This document shows positions 8,917-19,081 of a stretch of 64,000 bases of DNA, piece by piece. Each line of letters opens with the position of its first letter. Position 1 is the first letter of the stretch. Position numbers and translations under genes: made by a program. This DNA is from Candidatus Bathyarchaeota archaeon (GTDB lineage Archaea; Thermoproteota; Bathyarchaeia; Bathyarchaeales; Bathycorpusculaceae): contig OY970340.1 of the NCBI GenBank assembly GCA_963717465.1, forward strand, positions 1,120,001-1,184,000. Direction: 5' to 3'. Under the pieces are notes generated by a model. The model was given only the letters and a program-made list of their open reading frames with translations, was not told where the DNA came from and ran no database searches.

Positions 8917-11152
8917 GCCAATGTTAAAAATAATTTTCTAGATATAGGTACAGGAACTAGTAGTAGTTGTTCATTGGAACTAGGAGTAGTTTACTTAGGT
9001 TATAGGCAAAGATGCGTGCAAGGGATTAGAAAAACTCACTAATCATGCAGATAATATCGGGACAAGGCGAGGCGCCACCCAAGTTTTGGTCTACTGTTTA
9101 GCCGTGAAAACACGTTAGAGCGCTTATTGCAAAGTCTTTAATAGTTCTTCTTCTCCTCAAAAGGGCTGAACGGTGGTTTATTCACATGAAGGGGTTACGT
9201 GTTTTAGCAGCATTGGTTTGCGCACTTTTTGTTTTCAGTTTAGTTTTGATTCCGTTAACGAATGCTGACTGGATAATGTTTCGCGGAGACCTGTCTCGCA
9301 ATGGTGTAGGAACAGGTAATCCGGCGCTTACGCCCACGCTACTCTGGAATTATACCACCGGCGGCATTGTTTTTTCGTCTCCTGCTGTTATAGATGGTGT
9401 AGTCTATGTGGGTTCACTGGACGGTAACGTTTATGCTTTAAACGCTGCTAGCGGCATCCAACTTTGGAATTATACTACCGGCAACTATGTTGAGTCATCT
9501 TACACTGTTTTAGGTATTAGCACGCTTGCAGACTCCCATGGGGGTCCTAGTGAATCGGTTTATTCGTCTCCTGCTGTTGTTGGTGGTGTGGTCTATGTGG
9601 GTTCACAGGATGGTAATGTTTATGCTTTGAACGATACTAGCGGCATCCGAGTTTGGAATTATACTACCGGCGGAGGGATTTGGTCATCTCCTGCGGTTGT
9701 CAACAACGTGGTCTACGTGGGCTCCGGTGACGACAATGTTTATGCTTTGAACTCTACCAACGGTGCCCAACTTTGGAATTACACAACTGGCAATTTTGTT
9801 GATTCGTCTCCTGCTGTTGTCAACGGCGCAGTCTACATAGGCTCCGATGACGGTAACGTTTATGCTTTGAACTCTACCAACGGTGCCCAACTTTGGAATT
9901 ACACAACCGGCGACTATGTTAGGTCGTCTCCTGCTGTTGTTGGTGGTGTGGTCTATGTGGGTTCATACGACGATAAAGTTTATGCTTTGAACGCTACTAC
10001 CGGCACCCAACTCTGGAATTACAGCACCGGCAGCGCGGTTTATTCGTCTCCTGCTGTCGACGATGGAGTCATCTACATAGGCTCAGAAGATGGTAATTTT
10101 TATGCTTTGAATGCTACCATTGGTAGCCAACTTTGGAATTACACCACCGAGGGCGGGATTGAGTCGTCTCCTGCGGTTGTCAACAACGTGGTCTACGTCG
10201 GCTCCGATGACGGTAACGTTTATGCTTTAAACGTTGCTACCGGCGCTAAACTTTGGAATTACACCACCACCGCCGATGTTGAGTCGTCTCCTGCGGTTGT
10301 CAACAACGTGGTCTACGTCGGCTCCGATGACGGTAACGTTTATGCTTTGGGTAGTTCTTCAACGCCAACTCCAACGCCCACTCCAACTTTGTCGCCGGCA
10401 GGTACAGCAGCATTTGTTTTCAGTCCACTCGACTGGGCCATAGTTGTAGTTGTCATCGCTATCATAATGTTACTTTTAATATTCCTTCTATTGTTCAGAC
10501 GCGGCTGCAAGCTTACGGTGACGGTGCAAGATGCGGAAACGCTCTCGCCGATTTCAGGAGCAACGGTTTCAGCTAGTGGTCCGAAATCTTTGGCAGGTAC
10601 TACTGGAAGCAATGGACAAGCTGTTTTTAGTAACGTGAAAAAAGGCGATTATTCAATCATAGCCAGCGCCACAGGATACAACACTTCAATGCCAGCATCC
10701 GTTTCAGTGAAAAATAAAACTGATTACGTAATTAAGCTGAGCCAAATGGTGCCCAAGACCAAAGAAACCTAAACAAAGTGAAAGCATACAATCTCCCTTT
10801 TTTAAGTGTCTTTAAAGGCACTGAACTGACTTGTAAACTAATTTCGGTGTTTTGCTCAAGCCGCTGATATTGATGTTTTTGTGTATTTTGTTGTGACTAA
10901 TTGCTTGATCAACAGCGCGTGCGGAGGAGAAGTGCATAGTCCGAATATGTTTCTAAAAAGGAACAAGAAAATTCGGAGACACTATGTTTTAACAAAACCT
11001 ATAATGCCTAAAAATAGCGAGATAAGGCCTGGTTTTTTTACTAAATGTAAGGCGTACTAAGCGGAAAAAACGTGATAAACCTAAACAAACGCCAATGTTA
11101 AAATAATTTTCACGATATAGGAGGAACTAGTTGTGGTTGTTTAGTAGAACTA
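8917..11152 (+). repeat. Pair of ~60 bp imperfect direct repeats (8917-8982 and 11091-11152) flanking the PQQ-propeller gene
   Basis: GCCAATGTTAAAA(A)TAATTTTC..GATATAGG...GGAACTAG..GT.GTTGTT...GAACTA occurs on both sides. Confidence 0.7.
9186..10772 (+). CDS. PQQ-binding-like (BamB-type) beta-propeller surface protein with signal peptide, P/T linker, TM helix and C-terminal carboxypeptidase-regulatory-like domain
   Basis: Eight SSPAV..GVVY.GS.DG.VYALN...G..LWNYTT repeats; PTPTPT linker; hydrophobic WAIVVVVIAIIMLLLIFLLLF. Confidence 0.9.
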   Translation: MKGLRVLAALVCALFVFSLVLIPLTNADWIMFRGDLSRNGVGTGNPALTPTLLWNYTTGGIVFSSPAVIDGVVYVGSLDGNVYALNAASGIQLWNYTTGNYVESSYTVLGISTLADSHGGPSESVYSSPAVVGGVVYVGSQDGNVYALNDTSGIRVWNYTTGGGIWSSPAVVNNVVYVGSGDDNVYALNSTNGAQLWNYTTGNFVDSSPAVVNGAVYIGSDDGNVYALNSTNGAQLWNYTTGDYVRSSPAVVGGVVYVGSYDDKVYALNATTGTQLWNYSTGSAVYSSPAVDDGVIYIGSEDGNFYALNATIGSQLWNYTTEGGIESSPAVVNNVVYVGSDDGNVYALNVATGAKLWNYTTTADVESSPAVVNNVVYVGSDDGNVYALGSSSTPTPTPTPTLSPAGTAAFVFSPLDWAIVVVVIAIIMLLLIFLLLFRRGCKLTVTVQDAETLSPISGATVSASGPKSLAGTTGSNGQAVFSNVKKGDYSIIASATGYNTSMPASVSVKNKTDYVIKLSQMVPKTKET

Positions 11153-11176
11153 TTTAATTTTCTTGTTCGCTGTTAT

Positions 11177-11208
11177 GATCCCGGGTTCAAATCCCGGCGA
11201 CCGCACCA
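11177..11208 (+). repeat. Isolated tRNA 3' half (T-arm, acceptor strand, CCA), probably tRNA-Gly type; att-site remnant
   Basis: GATCCCGGGTTCAAATCCCGGCGACCGCACCA with no matching 5' half upstream. Confidence 0.7.
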
Positions 11209-11328
11209 CACTCACCACACACTGTATGACGAACAACTAAACGTGTGACAAACAGCTAAACGACTACTAAAAATGAAATTTAGTTCAAATTTACTTACCC
11301 TCACCAACCTATCCACACACAGTCAAAT

Positions 11329-11405
11329 ATGGAGTTACCAGACTGGTAGCGCGGTATTTTCTTCTTCCTGCTGTTGCAAACGGTGTTGTATAAGTAGGTT
11401 CATGG
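11329..11405 (+). pseudogene. Relic single PQQ-propeller blade
   Basis: Reads WSYQTGSAVFS/SPAVANGVV*VGSW with a frameshift and a stop. Confidence 0.55.
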
Positions 11406-11643
11406 CGCACGCGCGTCTAATCCCATAAAGACCTAAACTAGTTAAAGCTTTGGATCTACTAATCATTCTCATTTTTGCATCTATTTTTGCTGCAAAATTC
11501 ATTAATAACCTCAGTCTTGCCTCTTTATTTCATGAAATTCGTTAAAATCTTTTTCTTCTTCATTCATAAGCTGTAAAGTTAAGGTTTTACTACAGTGCGG
11601 ACATTTTAACTCTAAATCAGTTATAATTTTTTCTTCTTAATCG

Positions 11644-11666
11644 AAAAAAACCGACCGTCAGGTCGG
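11644..11666 (-). terminator. Intrinsic terminator of the molybdoenzyme operon
   Basis: On the minus strand CCGACC-TGAC-GGTCGG followed by T7. Confidence 0.7.
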
Positions 11667-11690
11667 GAGGTCAATCTTAGCAAAAGGACT

Positions 11691-12806
11691 TTATTCCATT
11701 GCACTCATTGGGTGCACGGATAGCTTAGGCATCTCTGCGAGAGCGCCTGGTGGCATGATGTTTGGATATGGTTTCCAGCATCGGATCGAGGTTGATCCCA
11801 GTCCGTTAGTTAGCTTCTTTTTTCTGCCGTCTTTGTAAGTAAAGGTACCTTCGAGCTTATCCCAGTCCAATGCTAAAACTGGAGTATCTGGCACTTGTCC
11901 AGTGCTGCCTGCCAACATACCGCCAGTTACATTTGTGTCAAACTCTAAAACTCCAGTGTCACATTCTGCGACTATTTTGTAATGCGTTGGAACGAAAATT
12001 CCAGCTTGGCGAAGATATGCCCATTCACTGTGTATTATGTCAAATTTAACAACTGGGAAGTACTGTTTCTCATCGACTAAGTAAAGTGACATGTCTTTGT
12101 GGTTGCCGTACTTGAATTCGTACATGCTACCGAAGACTTCATCAAAGTGGAACCACATCCAGTCCTCCCATCCTCCTATTTCCGCGGGGCTTGTATCTAA
12201 TGCGATATATCGTTCTCGGACGCCTTTGCCTTTAAAGTTCACCTTTTTCCCTTTGAGAGTAAATGTGCCTTCAATGGTTCCTGCCCAAAAGTATCCATAG
12301 GCAATGCTGTGAGTTGTAAGCACAGATGGCTTCTCATTTGGTCTCCCGTACCAAGTTGGATATCCTGCACCTTTGTGAATAAAGTCAACTTTCAGCTCGC
12401 TTTTCTTGTCCTCCACATTGTAGTGCCATGTGTGGTCGTCTTTGCATTTGAGATGAAAATCTCCACAATCAATTGCGACCTCATTGGCTGACTTCTTAAT
12501 CGTGAGAGTGCCTCCCGGATAAATAGTCCGGGCTATCGGCGATGTTGGAAAGTCGGCAACCTTGTATATTGATCCAGGTAATTGAGCAACCGTTCCTTTG
12601 TCCGAGGTAACTCTTAGCATGAACATGTCTATCTTCTCCAACTTTAAGGACATCGGTGTTACTCCAAGCCGATACTGTTTGCCATCTTCTCCGAAGACAA
12701 CTGCATCAATCATCCAATCCAAAAAACCTGCCTGGGCGCCCTCAGGAATTCCTGCTCCTTCTACATCTAATGTAACTTCCGGATTTGATACTTTCACCGT
12801 ATTCAC
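11691..12806 (-). CDS. Hypothetical protein, likely AttH/tocopherol-cyclase/lipocalin-like double beta-barrel
   Basis: Beta-rich sequence with GTIEGTFTLKGKKVNFKGKGVRER and GWEDWMWFHF; GGAGGTG RBS; directly downstream of the molybdoenzyme. Confidence 0.55.
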   Translation of the reverse strand: MNTVKVSNPEVTLDVEGAGIPEGAQAGFLDWMIDAVVFGEDGKQYRLGVTPMSLKLEKIDMFMLRVTSDKGTVAQLPGSIYKVADFPTSPIARTIYPGGTLTIKKSANEVAIDCGDFHLKCKDDHTWHYNVEDKKSELKVDFIHKGAGYPTWYGRPNEKPSVLTTHSIAYGYFWAGTIEGTFTLKGKKVNFKGKGVRERYIALDTSPAEIGGWEDWMWFHFDEVFGSMYEFKYGNHKDMSLYLVDEKQYFPVVKFDIIHSEWAYLRQAGIFVPTHYKIVAECDTGVLEFDTNVTGGMLAGSTGQVPDTPVLALDWDKLEGTFTYKDGRKKKLTNGLGSTSIRCWKPYPNIMPPGALAEMPKLSVHPMSAME

Positions 12807-12847
12807 CTCCTTTGAAAATTAAAAAAAAGAGAACTAAAAAAAGGACC

Positions 12848-15160
12848 TTATGGTCCTGCGTGTCCTGTGTTTGTTGGGTATACTTTAGCGAGAAGGGATT
12901 TGAAGTTACAGGCTCCTAGTTCTGGGCTAAGCTGTTCCGGGTCGTCTGGCACTGTGGCATTGATGTTCCAGTCTGTCCATCCATACAGTGTTGGTTCCTC
13001 AGCTGGTAGCTCTGGACGCCACCAACCGTGTTCAGGAGAAACAATCTTTGGATTAACACCGAAATCATACCGTACCTGCTGCATGCATCTGCCAACAGGA
13101 GTCTCAATCCAGACCCATTCGCCATCTCCAATGCCCATGTTGCGGGCGGTCAATGGATGCATCTTAACTCGCGGGAATGGACGTAGATGTCTCATTAAGC
13201 TGAGATGTCGATGCTCGCCATGTTGAGCTTCTTGGAATCTTGCTCCACTGCACATAATCAACGGATAGTCCTTAGCAATATCAGGCGCCGCAATCGGCGT
13301 CCAAGGATTCTCAGTGTAATACGGCAATGGATCATATCTTAGCTTTTCTAGAATGGTTGAGTAGAGCGCGACTTTGCCTTCAGGTGTTCCAAATCTTCTC
13401 ATCAATCCAGTCCCTGGATCAATTTCCTCGTACTTCTTGTATCTTGGCTCGTATGGTGGTACACCTTTCCATTGCTTTATGACTTTTTCACGAGTCCAGC
13501 CTGATCCCTCATAGAACATGTCCTGAAGTTCTTCTAGAGTCTTCCATGGCCAAGCGGTTTTGAGTTTTTCCTCGCCGACTACACCTACAGCAAGATGTCG
13601 GTATATTATGCTGTCATCCTCTAGATCCCACAGGCCAGGTATTTTCATTGGTAACGCGCGGTCACCTGCAATTTCAAACTCGACTTGTCCCTGAGTTGAA
13701 ACAGATCCGTAACCTGATGGTCTCTCAAATTGGCTGGTGCCTGGTAACACGTAGTCTGCCAGCATTCCTTCAGGAGTCATCTGAGCACATTCAATGTAAA
13801 CGAAGAGTTCAAGCTTCTTTAGAGCCTCATACACTTTTTTGATGTTGGGGTAGCATCTCATCGGGCCAATTTCACCAGAAATCATTGCCTTGATCGGATA
13901 GGGTTTTCCTGTTATAATTGCTTCCATTGTAGCTGGAAAATTAGGACCCCTTGTTCCACCAGATGTGCTCTGTCTCCAATATCCTTTGTCTGCACTTGCC
14001 CCTAACAGATGAGGCGTAATATTGGCGTTTTCAGCTCTATAATTCTGGATTCCTAACTGTTTTGCCATTTGTTCACGGTTGGCAATCTTTGCTAATGAAG
14101 CTGTTAATTGAACAGCAGTGTTGAAGTTTGGTTTTGCATGTAGGTATTCTCCGCCTTCTACGTCGATGTTTCCTGTTAAAGCAGGTAGCATGTATTTGGA
14201 TCGGACGTTGCTCATAGAGTTTCTGCCTCCATTTTCTATGGCGTAACCGTATGGGAACGTGCAGGGATTGTTTTTAACTATCCACCTGGCTGCTTCTCTG
14301 ATTTTTTCGGCTGGAATCCATGTGATTTCTGCAGCTTTCTCAGGTGTATACTGCTTAACGCGTTCTTTGAGCTTATCAAATCCAAAACACCATTTCTCCA
14401 CAAACTCGTGATCGTATAGGTCCTCTTCAATGAGAACGTTCATTATTGCCATAATCAGCGCAGTGTCAGTTCCTGGTCTAATCGCCAACCACATTTCTGA
14501 GTTCCTAGTAGTCTCTGTGAACCTTGGGTCGACGTTAAGCATTTTCGCGCCACCTTCCACTCCTGAAACAAATCCCGGCCATGAATACGTCCAGGATTCA
14601 CTTGGGTTTGTGCCGATCGTAAAGATGCCTTTGGTCTTGCCTGGAATTATGTTCGCATATGTTAATCCCACGCCATAGCCTAACCCTAAGGCTACAAACG
14701 TGGGGCCTGCTCAAAACTGAGCTGCAGCAGAGCCAAAGTTGGGGCTACCTATTGCCACATGGAAAGCGGCCAGTCCGATACCTAAGCCACAAGATCGGCC
14801 GGTGCCATGGAAACCACATACTGTTTCATAGCCATATTTTTCCCCTAATTCCTTTACCTTGGAGGATATTTCGCTGTATGCTTGCTCCCAGGATATTTTC
14901 TGCCATTTGCCTTCGCCGCGTTTGCCAATGCGCTTCGTTGGGTACATTGGCCTGTCCTTGTGGTAAATGTACTCTACAGAATACTTCCATTTCTGACAGT
15001 ACGGCCCAGGATTAAATGGGCTTTCCCAGTCAGGTTCAACTTTAACGATTTTACCGTTCTCAACAAATTCAAGCAACTGACAAGAACCAGTACTGCAAAA
15101 ACCGCAAATGCACCTGTGCACTCCATCGTAGCTTTTTGGGTCTTCAATTTCACTCATCAA
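12848..15160 (-). CDS. Mo/W-bisPGD oxidoreductase of the acetylene hydratase-like clade, 770 aa when read through the in-frame TGA at 14711-14713 (candidate selenocysteine)
   Basis: ORFs 14711-15160 and 12848-14671 are in frame (39 nt gap reading AGPTFVALGLGYG). N-terminal CxxC-x4-C...CxK 4Fe-4S motif; GSPN...QF*AGP; C-terminal YPLI..GAR...HGEHR...EHGWW.PE domain. Confidence 0.85.
14667..14704 (-). promoter_or_regulatory. Putative bacterial-type SECIS hairpin immediately 3' of the in-frame UGA
   Basis: mRNA UGA-GCAGGC-CCCACG-UUU-GUAGCCU-[UAGGGUU]-AGGCUAU-GG-CGUGGG: 6 bp lower stem, two U-G pairs plus a bulged U, 7 bp upper stem, G-rich loop 22 nt from the UGA. Confidence 0.65.
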
Positions 15161-15207
15161 TTTTATCTCCTATTTTTATATGCTTTACACCATGAAAGCC
15201 AATTACT

Positions 15208-15330
15208 CGACTGATATTTAAGACGGAATAAAGGCTAGTTTACTCTTTTGAGACAAAACAAGATAGTTATCAGCAAAGATGCTGGCACTGTTGCATTTCA
15301 AATGTGTTTTTGACATTAATATTGCAATGC
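15208..15330 (-). promoter_or_regulatory. Promoter/operator block duplicated at 17482-17605
   Basis: Both copies contain the TATA box CTTAAATATC (minus strand), AGACAAAACA and TGCTGGC..TGTTGCAT...ATGT.TTTTTGACATTAA.ATTGCAATGC. Confidence 0.75.
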
Positions 15331-15427
15331 GTTTTTTGAACGAATAAATTAGTACTGCAAATCTTTTAAAAAAGGGCATTCTTAAAAAAATAAGCTTAAT
15401 TGCTAAAAAAGGAAATGGGGGAAGAAA

Positions 15428-17419
15428 TTAAATTTCTCTTCCCAATTTGTGACCAAAATACACAGCGTCGCAAATGTTGTGTGGACTGTTAGCATCTCCG
15501 AGACGGAAGAGGTTGCTGTTTTCCTTCCATCCTTGCTCTCTCAATTGCCAGAACAGCGTGTCGTTTGGCTGTTTTGATGTACAGAGTACAAATGTATCAG
15601 CTTCTACTTCAAACATTTCATGGTTAAAGCCGTTCATGAAACCGCCCTTATTCCCATTAATATATGTAAGCAGTGACATTGGACTGAACTTTACTCCTTT
15701 TGACATAGGACGCTCGTACATTTGAGCAAATTGCAAAGTCATGAACGTATCATTGCCGCCAATAAAGTGCCCCGCTGCCCTGATGTCAACAGTTTTTCCT
15801 GCATCAGCCAACATTTCAGCAAGACCTAAACCTTCATCATAACCAATTTGATCATAAAGTATTATTCTGGGACCAAGTTTGTTCATATCAACTTTGCCTG
15901 AGAGTATGTCTTCCCCGTTTACTACGTTTGGTTGATCCCAACCCTCTATGGCACAATATACGCCTGCATTGTCACCATCACGTTTAGGCTCTGCTCCAGT
16001 AGCAACTACCATCACATCAGGATTTATGCTTTTAACAAGTTCAAGTGTAACTTCCTTATTGAGGACAATCTTAACTCCTAACTTGTCACACTGTAACTTT
16101 AGCCATCTCTTGAAGCCATCATATTCCTGTCGTACAGGCAGTTTCATTGCTAAATTAATGGCCCCGCCGACGTCATTTGACTTTTCGTAAATAGTAACCT
16201 CATGACCCCTTGTTGTTGCGATTCTTGCGAATTCCATGCCACACGGACCAGCACCGGCAACCAAAATGTTCTTTCTCTTTGCAGCAGGCATAAGCGTTCC
16301 TATTCCCCAGTATTTCTCTTCGCCGACCGTTGGATTTACAGTGCACATCCTGGCACCAGTTTTCATGCAGCCTTCATTTTCATAAATGCATGGCCTTATG
16401 TCATCTAATCTTCCTGCCTTGGCTTTATTTGCAAATTCAGGATCAGCTATTTGACCCCTGCAAACGCCGATCCAGTCAGCTTTGCCTTCAGCTAAGATTT
16501 TTTCAGCGAATACTGGATCGTTAATTCTCCCTATGCAGCCTATAGGTATTTTCTTTACAACTTCTTTTACAGCTTCAACTCCGTACAGTTGGTAGCCAGG
16601 CTCCATGTACAGTGGAGCAACTATTACGTTTAGCCCTGAGGGTTCGATTGCTATGTCTATGTCCAAAGCATCAACCTTGTCTTCCAGTTTCTTTGAAATT
16701 TCTGCTCCATCCATAGGTCCTATCCCACCAGGAATAAATTCATCAACACACAGCCTGGTAATGACTGCCATGTCACTGTTAACGCCTTCCCTGCATCTTT
16801 TAATTGCTTCGTAAAGATACCTTAATCGATTATCTAAGCTTCCACCCCACTTGTCTTTTCGCCTATTCGTTAAGGGAGACATGAAATTGTGCACCATGCC
16901 CCCATGATCATGAATTTCGATGCCATCAAACCCTGCTTTCGCAGCGTTCTGTGAAACCAATCTGAAACCGTCAAGTGTCGATTCAATTTGCTCATCAGTC
17001 ATCATTGCATTTGAGACCCTGGGATCTTCTGGGTCTACAGTTCTTGAAGGACCCCATCTACCCATCCAAACCCCACTAAGTCCTATTTGGGCGAAAATTT
17101 TTGTACCAGTGCCTGCATCGTGAACCATATCAACTATTCTTTTCAGTGCTGGAACTATTTCTGGCAATGTCCCGCGTGGATATGCAGCAAAACGAGAGGT
17201 GCTGGGACGCCCGTTTTCAAATGGATAACATGAAATGAATCCATAACATATCAGCCCACAGCCACCTTTCGCTCTTTCAGCCTGATAGTACGCCAAATGT
17301 TCTGTTGGTATGCCGTCTTGTATATGTGCATTTGCGTGGCCGGATAACATAATTCTATTAGGAATTGTTACGGGCCCCATTTTCAGCGGAGAAAAAAGAT
17401 ACTTAAATTTTACACTCAA
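15428..17419 (-). CDS. Old Yellow Enzyme-family NADH:flavin oxidoreductase with Fe-S and FAD domains (2,4-dienoyl-CoA reductase/BaiCD/TMADH-like)
   Basis: LFSPLKMG..TIPNRI, AGFDGIEIH, NRRKDKWGGSLDNRLR, C..ENEGC...CTVNP, VAGAGPCG. Confidence 0.9.
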   Translation of the reverse strand: MSVKFKYLFSPLKMGPVTIPNRIMLSGHANAHIQDGIPTEHLAYYQAERAKGGCGLICYGFISCYPFENGRPSTSRFAAYPRGTLPEIVPALKRIVDMVHDAGTGTKIFAQIGLSGVWMGRWGPSRTVDPEDPRVSNAMMTDEQIESTLDGFRLVSQNAAKAGFDGIEIHDHGGMVHNFMSPLTNRRKDKWGGSLDNRLRYLYEAIKRCREGVNSDMAVITRLCVDEFIPGGIGPMDGAEISKKLEDKVDALDIDIAIEPSGLNVIVAPLYMEPGYQLYGVEAVKEVVKKIPIGCIGRINDPVFAEKILAEGKADWIGVCRGQIADPEFANKAKAGRLDDIRPCIYENEGCMKTGARMCTVNPTVGEEKYWGIGTLMPAAKRKNILVAGAGPCGMEFARIATTRGHEVTIYEKSNDVGGAINLAMKLPVRQEYDGFKRWLKLQCDKLGVKIVLNKEVTLELVKSINPDVMVVATGAEPKRDGDNAGVYCAIEGWDQPNVVNGEDILSGKVDMNKLGPRIILYDQIGYDEGLGLAEMLADAGKTVDIRAAGHFIGGNDTFMTLQFAQMYERPMSKGVKFSPMSLLTYINGNKGGFMNGFNHEMFEVEADTFVLCTSKQPNDTLFWQLREQGWKENSNLFRLGDANSPHNICDAVYFGHKLGREI

Positions 17420-17481
17420 CTCGCATCAAACTCCCATTTTTACTTAATCTTTTTTATTTTCAGTGTTTCGACACAAAGGAC

Positions 17482-17605
17482 CGACCGATATTTAAGATCG
17501 AATGTAGGCAAGTTTCAGATCCTGCGACAAAGACAAAACATGCGTTAGGTGAGTTGCTGGCGTTGTTGCATCGTAGATGTTTTTTTGACATTAACATTGC
17601 AATGC
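17482..17605 (-). promoter_or_regulatory. Promoter/operator block duplicated at 15208-15330
   Basis: Same elements as 15208-15330; contains the palindrome CATTGCAATG. Confidence 0.75.
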
Positions 17606-17797
17606 ACTCTGCTTCACCCTAAGTGATAAGAATGCAAACCCTTGATTGATAAGAACAGAGAATTGCAATTGCAAGCAAGAACAGCATTCAACTTGCAGTT
17701 CGAGTTTTTATGCTTGAACAGAGATACTCAAAAATAGAATGATTGCAATTATGCGTCCTGTAGAGTATTGGCCAACTAATCTAAGTATTAGTAGGAG

Positions 17798-18388
17798 TTA
17801 TTTTTCGGTCAGCTGTCTCTTACTAGGAGGATGCAATGGTTTTTTAGGCTGAAGTAGTATGGACTCCAAGTTTCGCAATGAGAACGGTGTCGGAAATTTG
17901 GTGCTCGTATGAAAAATGAAGCTACTCATGTCAATAGATGGATGAGATGGAAATTCTTCTTTGGATTTCTTAGCTAGTTCCAAGTAGTCATCATAACTCT
18001 TATGTGCAGATATAACAACCCAATTTACTCCCCACGCATCTTGCTCTTGCAAGATACCCAGTATTTCTGGGTGCCTCTGAGATAATTCTTTAACTTCTTC
18101 GGCTTGCTTTTGTGTTATCACTTCAGTAGTTTTGGCAAAAGAAAATATGATTAATTCTATTCCTATTTTATGGAGGTCAGGTATTAACGTGTACTCTTTT
18201 ATATAACCCTCGTGCTCTATCTTTCTTTTTCTTCTAGATATTGTTGAGTTGCTTATACCCAAATTCTTAGCAATCACTCTATCGCTTCTACAACCCAACT
18301 TCATCAGAGCAAACAGAATTCTTAAGTCCATTTGCTCACTTTTATCTTGCTTACCCATAAACCCCACAATAATAGGGGGAGTACTCAA
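17798..18388 (-). CDS. Lrp/AsnC-family transcriptional regulator
   Basis: RSDRVIAKNLGISNSTISRRKRKIEHEGYIKEYTLIPDLHKIG wHTH. Confidence 0.85.
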   Translation of the reverse strand: MSTPPIIVGFMGKQDKSEQMDLRILFALMKLGCRSDRVIAKNLGISNSTISRRKRKIEHEGYIKEYTLIPDLHKIGIELIIFSFAKTTEVITQKQAEEVKELSQRHPEILGILQEQDAWGVNWVVISAHKSYDDYLELAKKSKEEFPSHPSIDMSSFIFHTSTKFPTPFSLRNLESILLQPKKPLHPPSKRQLTEK

Positions 18389-19064
18389 ATGTTTTAAGGT
18401 TTTCGCGTGAGAGTTTTATTGCAGTTATATTTTAATTTTTGCAACAATGATCGCAGCATTTAGAAGCAAAATGGTTTTTCAGTAGCAAAATACAAAAAAT
18501 ATAAGTAATCAACTTTAAAAGATGAAAACAACTTCCTTTTGCAAGGATAGCTAGAGGGGGGCTGCTTGTCACTCACTTCAGATGATTCTAATCTCCTAAA
18601 GTTCCTCTGGCTATCCAAAAAAGCCGGTAGCGCGTGCGAGTTGCGTCTCACCGGTTCGTTCCATACATGGGAGGCCTGCGACTGAACATACTGAACTATA
18701 CACGGCTCGTTTCTCGAAAACTTGCTCCAATTGATCAAACGCTGCTAATCCGCGAGACTTTTTACTTTTTCTTTTCATTTTTTAAACTCCTTTTTATGTG
18801 CGTTATTTTAAAATATAATACGCTGTACTTCAACCATGTCAACATTGCCAAGAGTAGCAATGGCTGGCACGCGTACTATTGAGAAATATAAAGAATACCT
18901 CGAAATATTTACTTCAACAAATTATTTGGCGATTAAAAGGGGCATAGGGGCGTAAAATAAATATCAATCTATTCTTACGAGCGCGCTTCTTTGTAACTGT
19001 ATGTAATTGTAATTGTGTTAGTAGGGGAGTATGTATAAGTGAAGAATTAGCAGGGTTTGGATTT

Positions 19065-19081
19065 GGGATTAAATTTTAATC
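19065..19081. repeat. Palindromic motif G(A/G)TTAAATTTTAATC, copy 1 of 3
   Basis: GGGATTAAATTTTAATC followed by a CT tract; also at 23639-23657 and 31288-31306. Confidence 0.7.

Noticed and set aside
9340..10350. CRISPR array
   Set aside because: The ~120 bp periodic repeats are coding propeller blades; no repeat-spacer array was seen anywhere in the window.
9186..11405. Diversity-generating retroelement using the relic blade as template
   Set aside because: No reverse transcriptase in the window, and the relic is not a near-identical, adenine-specific variant of any blade.
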